A stretch of DNA of 64,000 bases from the NCBI GenBank assembly GCA_964016885.1, contig OZ024754.1:7440001-7504000 (forward strand), in the 5' to 3' direction. Positions 17,346 to 28,936 of the stretch are shown here, in pieces. The stretch's first letter is position 1. The number at the start of each line of letters is the position of its first letter. The DNA comes from Eledone cirrhosa (lineage: Eukaryota). The translations under genes were made by a program, and so were the position numbers. The notes below the pieces were generated by a model, which searched no databases, was not told the DNA's origin, and worked only from the letters and a program-made list of their open reading frames with translations.

Positions 17346-18722
17346 TAGATAATATCAGCAATGGAAAGACCAATTGAAACATTGTTTCTTTGGTCCGATT
17401 TGACGAGGTCCACCCCACTCTGCAAGCGAATGAGACCTGGGATCTTGTTGATCGATCAGAGCGAGAGCGAGTGTGTTGTGTTATACAGCAAGTCACTTCA
17501 TTTCACTTAGCTCTGAGCTATTCAACAGCATGAAGTGTGGTTTTAATCTTTTAATCCCCTTCAGTTCAGAAGAAATGAGTTGCAGGGTTTGAAACAAAAT
17601 TTATATAATGATTTAAAAACAAAAACACTTACATAATACCCATACTTATTTTGTTGCAGTTATTGATGTTTTAGTTCAGCCAACACCACATATAGTGTCT
17701 CTAAGTTTACATCTTTTTCACTGTTGAGATACTAACGAGAGATTGCCATTTTGTGTGTATATGTGTGAGTCTGTGTATCGGTTTTAGTTTGATAGTGTGT
17801 ATTTCTAGAAAAATATATCACATGATCCACATAAGTGCAATATGCCCGAACACGGAAGAGCCGAACTCCCACTGTCATCGCCTCCATCTCTCTCGGCCTC
17901 CCCATTTATAGTAAGGCCCCGAGACCGTGTATAGTGTTCCTTGTCGCAGGGACTTTATCGGTGTTGTCTGCAGTTACGCCGCATCAAATGCCGGCATTGT
18001 TTTTTTCAAAATAGAAGGATAAAGCATAAATGAATAGGAAAGAATGTCACATACTTGCAAAGTAGATGAATACTTTGATAAACGATTAATGAGTTGTACC
18101 GTGCACAACAGTCACCCTGCCATTCACGTTTCTGTAGGCGTGGAATGAAGTTTCAATAATATTTCTAGCAGATTGAATGACTATGTAGAAGGCTTTTGAC
18201 TGCTGCGACATTCTGAATGAATGTTGTCGATATGTACTAAATGAATATAGTGTTATTTAAGAATACAAAAAAACCCCCAGCAAAACCTAAAATATCGATT
18301 AATATATCAGATCTATTACATCTAAATTACAAATGCAATGAGATACAATGCTTTGAAAACCTTAGCGAGATCTGTTGTACGCAGTTCTCTCCACGACTAT
18401 CCCCACCACCGTAGCGCATAACATGCTTACATATTTTACAAAACTGATTTGATTAATATATTATTCATACTCCATTATAAGTACCAATATATTTACGTTT
18501 ATTATACGAGCAAGTAGATCGCAAAATCCTGACGCCCACATTACTGAAAGGAAGCATTTTAGATAATATAAAATCAAAACGATTACTTACAGAATCTTCC
18601 AATGTTTGTATTTGATGCGCAAGTTGATTATAGTTTATTCAGTACATTAAGTTTGTATGCAAAGATATATCTATATATTTGTATGCTTGCGTATGTGTAT
18701 GTTTATATATGACTGTGAGTAG

Positions 18723-18754
<32 letters not shown>

Positions 18755-18959
18755 TGTTTGGTTCGTTATAGTTATTGTATATATATATTTTATGTATTTC
18801 CGTAGAAAATGTAAATGAAAGAAGAGTGCTCTATCTATAGTACAGAGCTATTTACTTATATAATAAACGACACAATATAATTATTCCATTACCTAAGGTT
18901 TTACGAAACTAGACGATCTTAACAGAAATGTTCAGTTCACTCATTAGATGAAGTATTTA

Positions 18960-19051
<92 letters not shown>

Positions 19052-19175
19052 TCTCGTTATTCCGTCCTCAGATACCACTGGTTTACTGCCTTAAGCACGC
19101 TGTGACATCACTCTGCCACGTGTAGCTGGACGGTCGCTTTAGATTCTCTTAGAGTTGTCTGGAATGTATAGTTTT

Positions 19176-19257
19176 GCACGCGCTGATGAACATAGGCTAT
19201 TCCATTTCAGTCAACAACTTCCTGGCGAAACAGATCTCTTTGGATTTGTACGCGTGT
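19176..19257 (+). ncRNA. Type-I hammerhead ribozyme motif with full-length stem III
   Basis: gcacgcg-CTGATGA-(37 nt)-GAAA-cagatc tctttg gatttg-TA-cgcgtgt; inside TA-flanked element 19051-19410. Confidence 0.75.
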
Positions 19258-19407
19258 GTTATATAGTTTAGAGGTGCGTATATACATTTTAATTTATATT
19301 TTTAATTATTGTGTGTCTGCCTTCCATAGATTATAGATTCCATACACTGGTGGTTTTCCCTGTTTTATTGATGGCACACTCTCTCTAGTGTGTTACCCTG
19401 TCAACAT

Positions 19408-19459
<52 letters not shown>

Positions 19460-19495
19460 TTCAAAATATTAATAAATATTATAACCAAAGTATAT

Positions 19496-19556
19496 ATTTT
19501 ATTATACATATTTCAAAGGTACAATGGTGTTTCAGTACGTTTTCATCAGATAAAAT
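19496..19556 (-). ncRNA. Type-I hammerhead ribozyme motif
   Basis: Minus strand: attttat-CTGATGA-aaacgtac..gtaccttt-GAAA-tatgta-TA-ataaaat; same family as 32640 and 34883. Confidence 0.72.
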
Positions 19557-20452
19557 ATATAAGAGATTGGTTATACGACATACCACTAAGGTTTTGAATC
19601 TTCAATTCCTGTAGTGGTATATATATATATATATATATACTAACTCGATATGTTCAAAATGTTAGTCATTGACCTTTCGATTTACAATTTATATATAGAC
19701 AGGAACAAATCGAAAAGTAAATGAGAAGATGATCTTAAAATTATATATTCTATAAGAAAACATAACAACATAAAAACATAACAAAATGTTTAGAAAAATC
19801 TTATATAAACTTGATAAACGTTTAGTAATCAAGATGGCGATTTTATAAAACAGATTTTTAAACTTGTTTAGGTGTTATTCTGAACTTCTGTTTGTGTAGG
19901 TATAATAATATCAAAGTAGTGTTTAATGAAAAATAACTGCGTTGATATATTTTCATGTTTTGTCATTTTATAATATAAATATCGATACGTGTAAAGATAT
20001 TGTTTTCGTTAGATAGATAACCATACAAATCGAATGAGATAATTTGGAAAGACATTCCGAGATATTGCTAAATATTTTCTTTGCTTATAATTACAATACA
20101 AAATGTCGAAATGCATAATTGCAGGCTCTTCTATACCCCACCACCACCACCAACACCACCACCACCACCACCACCAACACCACACACATGCGTACATACG
20201 CTCGCACAGACATAGACACACACGCAAAGACATGTATACAACTACATGTGTGTGAATATATATACTTGCATAGATGTGTATAAAATATATAACTATACAT
20301 GTGTATGTATATGTACATGTTCATATATATACACCATACTTACACCCCCACATACATAGAGTAGCTACCTTTCACGGTGTTGCTCAATGAAAAATTTAAT
20401 TAAGCACATAATTATTAATCAGAGCTATATATAAAATTGCAAGTTTGAAGAA

Positions 20453-20924
20453 TTATTAGATGAAATATATCCAGACTTTCCTCAACCTAGTCCGTAGAAA
20501 TCAACTAGATAAATAATCATTTAAACGAGGCTATAAGTTTAAAATGTAACTATGAAGAAATAATAGACAAATGATATAGACTATTTTCCGCGAGTAACAG
20601 CCAGATAAAATTTATCTAGTCATTCCTTTTAGCCCGTAGAAATTAACTAGATAAATAATGGTAAAGTGTATTTTCATTTTTTCTTTTAACTTATATTTCA
20701 AACCTAGCTCCGTTTAAATTATTTATCTAGTTAATTTCTACGGGCTAAAAGGAATGACTAGATACATTTTATCTGGATGTTATTCGCGGAAAATAGTCTA
20801 TATCATTTGTCTATTATTTCTTCATAGTTACATTTTAAACTTATGGCCTCGTTTAAATGATTATTTATCTAGTTGATTTCTACGGACTAGGTTGAGGAAA
20901 GTCTGGCTATATTTCATCCAATAA
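20453..20924. mobile_element. Fold-back/MITE-like element with 207-bp inverted arms and 58-bp spacer
   Basis: Arms 20453-20659 and 20718-20924, ~6 mismatches by eye, no indels; internal repeat CCGTAGAAAT(C/T)AACTAGATAAATAAT. Confidence 0.8.
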
Positions 20925-21230
20925 AGTACCAGTAATGCACTGATATAATTGCTGGCCTTGTACCAAAAGTAGACACAATAATTTTCTAATGTTCAAATAC
21001 AGAAAATTGGCAGAGGTTTTAGAATTCAACAGAATAAGTCTGTTGAAACATGTTTTGCAGCAAAGAGTTACGGCCCTTTATGGTCTGAGTCCAAATCCCG
21101 CCGAGGTTAACTTTGCCTTTCATCCTTACGGGGTCGATAAAATAAAGTACCAGTTACGCACTGGGGTCGATTTAAACGACTTTCCCCTTCCCCTCAAAAT
21201 TACCTGGCCTTGTGACTATATAAGAAACCA
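20925..21230 (+). mobile_element. SINE 3' end plus variant-head SINE
   Basis: SINE core with the alternative head TTTTCTAATGTTCAAATACAGAAAATTGGCAGAGG; also at 50550-51012. Confidence 0.8.
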
Positions 21231-21816
21231 TTAATCACACACAGCACTGTAACGTTATCACCTCCAACTAAATCTAAATTGATACTTTCATTGCCTTCTC
21301 TGTCACGTTGTGTCGAAAAACCATAAAAAATCTTCATCGTTGTCTCAACTACATTCAATTTTATTTTTCCAGTTTCTGCCTTTATCTGAAGCACTGTCAC
21401 TAATATTAGACTATTCTAGCTGTTCTATTTATATAAAAATTGCAAACGTGGTGGAAGAAATAGAAGATTTATGTTGAGTAGAAACTACTGAACATAATGT
21501 CACACCTAATTTCACTATATTCTAGCTAAATTGTTAAGGTAATCCAATATAATTCCTGAAAGTCACGGCCTATATAAGCTATTCACAGCTTCAGGAAAAT
21601 CTGAACTATTTTTACCTGTTGTAAAAAAGCATTAATATGTATATCTATCAATGTAATCCATACTGATTTCAAGTAGAATATTTCTGAAATACTTTTTATT
21701 AAATACACTAAAAATCATCAGAAGTTACACACATATTGATGTCTAATTCTTTACTAGATGCACTTAATACTGAATCGGAGTTCTTAAAATATTTCCTATA
21801 TTTCTATATTCTACAG

Positions 21817-21869
21817 ACTTCTCTCAGGATTCTGTAGAATTCGATAGTATTTATGCTGCCAGCAATTTG
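21817..21869 (+). CDS. Candidate internal exon (xFSQDSVEFDSIYAASNL), product unknown
   Basis: Pyrimidine tract + CTACAG acceptor, GTAAGA donor, open frame; no recognisable homology. Confidence 0.3.
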
Positions 21870-22359
21870 GTAAGAAATCAAATCAAGTGGAAATATAAGA
21901 GCTTCCAGTAAAGTGATGTTTGATGTTTGTAGGACTACCATGATTGGAGAAAACGACAATATAGACTGGCAATGAAACCAATTGTAAAAGTAAAACCAAG
22001 TACTTAAAATTAGTATTTCAATGTATGAGCATTGTGAGGTGATACTATGATAATAGCCAGCAAAGCTTTAGGGCCTGGTTCGATTTTTGTTCTATCCATT
22101 TGGTCATGTTTTATATACGGTAGTTCTTAAACGTTTTGAAAATGGTGGGTTCGAGCGCAAGTATGTATGATAGAATTTATAAATATATTATAATAATGCG
22201 ATGAAGCAAATAAGTATCCTCCCCACCACAGAGTTACTCGTACGTAACCCCCCTCCCCCACACACACAGTTATATATATATATATATAACTTTGATAGGT
22301 TTCGGCCAGTATTGGCTCAGGCCATGTCTAACTTAATAGCATATATAATTGTTTCTACA

Positions 22360-22388
<29 letters not shown>

Positions 22389-22392
<4 letters not shown>

Positions 22393-22552
22393 CAAGGCTC
22401 TGATACCATCAACACTATAAACACAGAGCTGGTATATCTAAGAACTGACTAACTGCCTGATGAGGTCATAGCCATTCAATGGCTATCATCGAAATATATA
22501 TAGCAGTAAATAAAGGATTATGAGTTCATGCAATTGACTTATGTTTCGTCAC
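22389..22552 (+). mobile_element. 164-bp hammerhead-bearing mini-element in (TA)n, copy 1
   Basis: Same length and ends as 61637-61800 (-); TA repeats on both sides. Confidence 0.85.
22452..22507 (+). ncRNA. Minimal type-I hammerhead ribozyme
   Basis: actgc-CTGATGA-ggtcatagccattcaatggctatcatc-GAAA-tatata-TA-gcagt, then AATAAA; palindromic stem III. Confidence 0.85.
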
Positions 22553-22746
22553 TATATATATATATATGCTATTAAGTTAGACATGGCCTGGGCCAATATA
22601 TATATATATAAGGCCAGCAATTACCCCAGTGTATTACTGGTACTTTATTTTATCGATCCGTAAGGATGAAAGGCAAAGTTAACCTCGGTGGGCCGTAACT
22701 CTATGCATCGAACTATGGCGTCCAACCCTCTACCGATACTGCCAAT

Positions 22747-23014
22747 AATAATACGAGGACGATTTATTAAGCCTTCTTTACTTTTATTGATTGGTGACGC
22801 ACTTTTCGTTATTGATCAGCTCAAGGTTCGATCTGTATCGATCTGACCCGACTCGGGATTCATATATGTTCATTCTGTCATTACAACAGCAAAGGTCCGA
22901 CGAGCTTTTGATTCCAGAGTCAGGACAGATCGAAACAGATTGAGCTGATCAATAACCAAACGTGCATCACCAATCAGTAAACATAATGAAGGCTTAACAA
23001 ATCGTGCTTGTATT
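22747..23014 (+). mobile_element. Diverged fold-back element with long-helix-II hammerhead (22894-22971)
   Basis: Imperfect inverted arms; ggt-CCGACGA-gcttttgattccagagtcagg..gagctgatcaataac-(C/G)AAA..TC-acc; GAAA intact in the left arm. Confidence 0.65.
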
Positions 23015-23401
23015 AATATATTATTATATTACACTCTGTCTAGCTCTACACCTCGCCACTGACGTGAACCTAAACATCGAGTACCCACCTCGGTGAACCT
23101 ACAGTAACTCCGCCTTTCTCTCCCTGGATATATGTAGAAATTTGGTATTTCTAAAGAAACACGGTTTTAGGAAGCCGTAGCTATGCAAACACCGGGGCTA
23201 ACGCCCTCTGGTAGTGTCCAGCAGAAGCAAAGGGGATAACCGTCTATGCATTTCAGGCTCGAGTGGCCTTTACCAGGACGCCCCCCCCACCTATTGGGAC
23301 TGCTGGACTTGAAAACAGTTGAGAATATATAGTTTTCTTGTCTGTGTAAATGAGGTGATGTTATTGAGGAGAAAAGAGTACTCAACACGGCGGAAATAGA
23401 G

Positions 23402-23541
23402 TTTAAATATTCATTTTATTAAGGCTAAATAGTGAGTCTTGTTGCTAGGAAATATCACCTGGTTGTCTGATGACCCTGTAATAAGCAGGCAAAATTTCCA
23501 GAGTAACAAGACCACTGTTTAGCCTTAATAAAATGAATATA
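23402..23541 (+). mobile_element. Mini fold-back element with central hammerhead (23463-23509, G12A)
   Basis: Arms ~23406-23446 and 23502-23541; ttgt-CTGATGA-ccctgtaataagcaggc-AAAA-tttccagag-TA-acaa. Confidence 0.68.
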
Positions 23542-23646
23542 TATATGAACACGCACACACACACACACACGCACGCACACGCACGCACGCACGCACGCAC
23601 GCACACGCACGTTATAATAATCAAAGTTCTGTTCAAATCATTTATA

Positions 23647-23692
23647 TGCTTACAATTGTTTCCTCCAAACCGAGCTTTGGATTCTTCGGAGC
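23647..23692 (-). ncRNA. Type-I hammerhead ribozyme motif, U4C core variant
   Basis: Minus strand: gct-CCGAAGA-atccaaagctcggtttggag-GAAA-caattg-TA-agc; palindromic ACAATTGT stem III; host element ~23610-23870 homologous to 6745-6980. Confidence 0.75.
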
Positions 23693-24160
23693 TGGCATAT
23701 CTAAGAATGATATTAAAGAATGATCGCATATATGACCTCCTTTTCAATCCAAAAGACATACAGATACATATGCAAATATTGTTGCTTGGTGGGTCGACAT
23801 CCATTATAACATTTAGCGTGGCAGTATACATTTAAAGATTACATTCATATCAAAAGAGGATAAAATTAAAATTAATGTTACAATACAACATGAAATTAAT
23901 GGATAGGATAGTCAGAAGCAGTAAGTGTGTGTAATTGTTATACGTGTGGCAAGCACGTGTGTCTTATTTATAAATATTATAGTGCGGCAGGGTGTTACAT
24001 GTAACACCCTGTAAAACAACTGATGTTATTACATTGAGCTATTTATCTTACTGGTAATAAGGTAGTAATATATTACTGCCTATCACTATTTAGGGCTTGT
24101 AAAAATATATATAACTACAAAAGGTTTTTGTATATGCATAACCATAAATAGTATCCTTAA

Positions 24161-24206
<46 letters not shown>

Positions 24207-24891
24207 GAGAAAAGAGTCAGGACCCCGATGGCTGAGCTCCGGTCTTTTCGACAGCTAGATCCGAACGTGCGTTATGGTCCGCCTGGTATCTTACCACACA
24301 TTCTTTGTTATGTAAATTAGACATGGCCTGGGCCAATACTGGCCGAAACCTATCAAAGTTATTTATATATATATATATATATAACTGTGTGTGTGTGTGG
24401 GTGTGTGTGTGTGACGTACGACTAACTCTGTGGTGGGGAGGATATTATTTGCTTCATAGCATTATTATTTATAGTGATCTACTATTATTATAGCCACCTG
24501 CATTGGGACAACTATATTTCAAATTTATGTTGCCATCATTCCTATTTTAATTCACGACACGTCTTACTTTGGTGCTAAATTATATTTAGAACTGACTGAA
24601 ACTATCAATCATTTTATGTTTTGTAGTCTCACTCAGCTCACTACACTATATATAGAATGGGGAGAAGTAAAGTATTTTATTAGATATATTCCTTTGGATG
24701 TTTCCTTCTGCTATATTCCCATCCAATCATTGTGGTAAGTACTGTAGAGGGACTGTTAAGCTGACGCCAATACATGTCAATTAGATTTCGATTTCCCATT
24801 AAAGTCAGTTAATTCCCAGAATTTAGTCAAAGCCCACAGGGAACATTATACACGTAATAAAAGTCATTTAGTCTTATTTCTTTTCTTCTAG

Positions 24892-24987
24892 TATAGAAGT
24901 TTATGGAAAACTGAAAAGAATACACCTCAATTGTATGGTACCAGTGGAGACGCAGTGACGTATTTACAAGATAAATTCCAACTATAA
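24892..24987 (+). CDS. Candidate terminal exon (YRSLWKTEKNTPQLYGTSGDAVTYLQDKFQL*), product unknown
   Basis: Strong TTTCTTTTCTTCTAG acceptor; phase-compatible with 21817-21869. Confidence 0.25.
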   Translation, partial: YRSLWKTEKNTPQLYGTSGDAVTYLQDKFQL

Positions 24988-26254
24988 GTCTCTTGAGAAG
25001 CAACAAATTGATTGAGTCGTTAAAAAATTGGATTAAATATTTTGGGTGAATTTATTTAGGATTTTCATATCCTGAGTTCAAATCCGACGGGTACCAATAT
25101 TGCTATTCTTTTATTTCGATTAACAGTCCAGGGTAGTGGATGGCGGGATTGATTCAGGGACCTTCGGCATACCTTGTGGTATATATTTCTCCCATCAGTC
25201 GCAAATGCGTTGTGAAAGACCTCTGAATTCCCTCCACCACACACACATTCCTCTGGATATTCTATGAATATTCACTTAATTTTCCCGACTGTATTTGTTA
25301 CGAGAGTGAATGACGATATATTTATTTCAATGATAAAACTGCACAAATTTTGATGCAGAATATCCTTAGTTTTGGTGTTATAATCCTGTTTTTAGAAGGC
25401 TTAGCACTTTGGATGTTCGGTCCACGATTGAACGGTTATGTGTGCAATTCCTGGGCTCGGTGGCGCTTTATATCCTCGAGCAAGGCTTTATATTTCATTA
25501 TGCTCCAGTTTACATAGCGGGAAAAAGTGAATTCTATATTTAGTTGTTACGTACTGTGTCGCTAAGAAACTCCCTTTTAATTGTAAGGTTACGCGTGTAT
25601 TTTGAATGCTCAGTCAGTTGCACGTTAATTTCATGATCAGGATCACTCGTCTTCGGATCAGACAGTGGTCTAATTTATATTTATGGTTTACTTATATCTA
25701 TTTAGCATCTCTATGTTCCCTTCATAAAGCATTCGGTGAGATTTTTTCACAATAATATATAAATAAACGAAATTCAATATTGATGTAAATATAAAATATT
25801 AATTAGTGTGCTGTGAGAAAATGTAGAATTGTAACGTTTTAGAGAACGTCCTTAGTCAGAGCCTATAGTATCTCGTGATTACCAAAGTCGTTTGAACATC
25901 AGATAGAATGATTTTCGGTATTCATTCTAGTTGTCTGTGCTCAAATCCTGCCGAGGTTAACTTTGCATTTCATTCTTTCTAGTTATATACAAAAAGATGT
26001 AGAGTCTAGTATTGGTGTCAGATTTACTTCTATATGTATTTCTCGCTTCCTCCTACCACCCATCTCCTTCGCATAAGGAAATCAGCAGGTTTCAGGTATA
26101 GAGAGAGGACAGGCTCCGTCAATACGTAAGGGTCCTTAAATACTATCGCATGATACATTAAACCGTAGCTAGGTTTCTCACATTCTATTTATGGATACCT
26201 CTTCTCATTGGTGTATCAATGTGTGAATGTTAGAGGGAGGCATTAGTTACAATA

Positions 26255-26731
26255 GTTGTTTCTACTTTTGGCACAAGGCCAGCAATTACCCCAGTGTATT
26301 ACTGGTGCTTCATTTTATCGACCCCGTAAGGATGAAAGGCAAAGTTAACCTTGGTGGGATTTGAACTCATAAAGTAAAGATCCATAACTCTATACTGCAA
26401 AGCATGGTGTCTGACGTTCTACCAATACTGCCAAAATCCACCAAGGCAAAGTTAAGCTCAACGGAATGTATGGATATGTAAAGGGCCATAACTCTATGCT
26501 GCAAAGCATAGAGTTCTACCAATACTGCCAAAATCCACCAAGGCAAAGTTAAGCTCAACGGAATGTATGGATATGTAAAGGGCCATAACTCTATGCTGCA
26601 GAGCATAGAGTTCTACCAATACTGCCAAAATCCACCAAGGCAAAATTAAGCTCAACGGAATGTATGTATATGTAAAGGGCCATAACGCTTTGCTGCAAAG
26701 CATGTTGTCTTATGCTCTACCGATGCTGCCA
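26255..26731 (-). repeat. SINE copy extended into a 97-bp SINE-derived tandem repeat (~3.5 units)
   Basis: CCATAAC unit starts at 26382, 26486, 26583, 26680. Confidence 0.85.
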
Positions 26732-27540
26732 AGTGGTCGAGGTGATGAAAATATGTGGAAGAATGCATCGTGACTTTGGCGTTGCATCGTATTTACAACA
26801 AAGATATTTAATCATTAATCATTGGGCTGGGAATTGCATGTAAGAGAGATGCATAGAATGTATTGAGGAAAGAGAAATAAATATTGTGAGCTGTTTAGGA
26901 TGTTTAAAATGTGTCAATGGTTCACACATATTTCATGTCTTTATCTACTTCAAAGACACGAAACATTCTAGTTATACAAGTCTTGGAAGATATATGCTGT
27001 GAAAGAGAAAGAGAAGTTGTACTGAGATAATTAACAAGGGAAGAAACGTATTTTTACATGGCAGTTTTAACTTTATACAACTGTGTAATATCAACGTAAA
27101 AACTATGAGGAAGAAAATATGATATAATGATATTACCTTGGGTATCATTATGTCGATAATAACAACATTATTGAAAATGTGTATTTGTTACATTGGCTTG
27201 AAGCCAGAAACATGTAACACAACAAAGTTATGAAGAGGATCAAACAATGTTAAATGCTTGGCTCATATTTTTATCTAGGCAGAAATGATAGCTGTCCCTT
27301 TTACTGATAGTACTAAACATTATATTTTATATAGTCTAACAATTTAAAGTATTTGCTGTCCCATCGTCTAGTTAACACAATGTCACATACTTTGATGGAT
27401 AGATCAGTTACTTTAATTGATTCCCAGCTTCGCTCAAACTTGAAAGGATTAAATATGAAGGTAGATTTTGGCAATGGTAAAACTAAATACTGTTTTTATT
27501 TCTTTAAATATGTTTTGTTTTTCTTTATATATATATATTA

Positions 27541-27596
<56 letters not shown>

Positions 27597-27915
27597 TTGT
27601 GTGTGTGTGTGTAGCAATGTATATAGGGAGTGATTGCTAACATACATACAGACACATATATATATAATTATATTAATAAAAGGAATTCGAACTTTGTCTG
27701 ATTTACTCGTTTTATTTACAATCCTTTAAAATTATAATGATATTATAATGAAATAGTATGGTAGAATATTAAATGTTAAGTGTTAATTAAATAAGTACTT
27801 TTATGCTTTCGCAATCTTCAGGTTCATATTCAGTGGTGACAGTCAAGTTTGCAATTTTAAACTGTAATGAGATGGGTAAATTATGTGTCTTATATACAGT
27901 AAAAAGGGGCTACAG

Positions 27916-28289
27916 AATGCTAAGTTTTGAACCAATGCTGTATTTCGAATGCTGTATTTCGACCAATCGGTGTGTAGTTTCACCAGATTACTAAAGCTGA
28001 TTGGTTTAAGCGTCACGGTTGGTTGAGCATGTCTAACGACTTCTATTTGACCATCTCCAAAGCATCAATTGTTTTGCTATTTTTAGAAATGATGAAAATA
28101 ACATTTTCTAGGGTTTTATGAAAAATCTTCAGTAATCATCAACATCACTTTTATTAGTGTTGTTGTTAGTGGTGATAGTCGACATGGTCGTAGGCGTACT
28201 CAACCTACTGTGACGCTTAAACCAATCAGCTTTAGTAATCTAGTGAAACTACACACCAATTGGTCGAAATACAGTTTGCAAAACTTAGC

Positions 28290-28292
<3 letters not shown>
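27916..28292. mobile_element. Fold-back element ending in (TA)n
   Basis: AATGCTAAGTTTTG...CAAAACTTAGCATT; arms of ~120-140 bp. Confidence 0.75.
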
Positions 28293-28329
<37 letters not shown>

Positions 28330-28424
28330 CAAAGAGATATTTAATTTGTTGGTTATTCAACAAATTTATTTTTATTTATAATAGATTCGAAGCACTCTAC
28401 AGATTTTCTGGAGTATAATATCAT

Positions 28425-28470
<46 letters not shown>

Positions 28471-28544
28471 TGTAGTTCGAACAACTGGAACGATGGAATT
28501 ACAATACAGTATGTAAAGCAGTGTGGGTGTTAGTGTGACTATAA

Positions 28545-28936
28545 TAATTATTTCAACTTTTGGCACAAGGCCAACAATTATCCCAGTGTATTACTGGTAC
28601 TTTATTTTATCGACCCCTTAAGGATGAAAGACAAAATTAACCTCGGTGGGATTTGAACTCAGACTATAAAGGGCCGTAACTCTATGCTGCAAAGCATGGC
28701 GTCTGACCATCAACCGATACTGCCAACGCACCGCCAATAATAGTGGAATTAAGCATGTGGATGTAAAGGTGAATGGGCAACTCAATTGTGAGGATAATAT
28801 TGTTTTAAGATAGAAAAAGAAATTATAGAGCAAGATTAATTGTTTCTACTTTTGGCACAAGGCCAGCAATTATCCAGTACATTACTGGTACTTTATTTTA
28901 TCCACCCCGTAAGGATGAAAGGCAAAGTTAACCTCG
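28545..28936 (-). mobile_element. Two SINE copies (28545-28735 near full; 28838-28936 partial)
   Basis: SINE consensus reverse complement. Confidence 0.85.

Noticed and set aside
18593-18650. Additional + strand exon (NLPMFVFDAQVDYSLFSTL)
   Set aside because: Weak acceptor and donor; the same bases read as a minus-strand GTAAGT donor, so it is ambiguous.
27807-27821. Minus-strand CTGAAGA-TTGC-GAAA
   Set aside because: No room for helix II and no stem I; likely a chance match.
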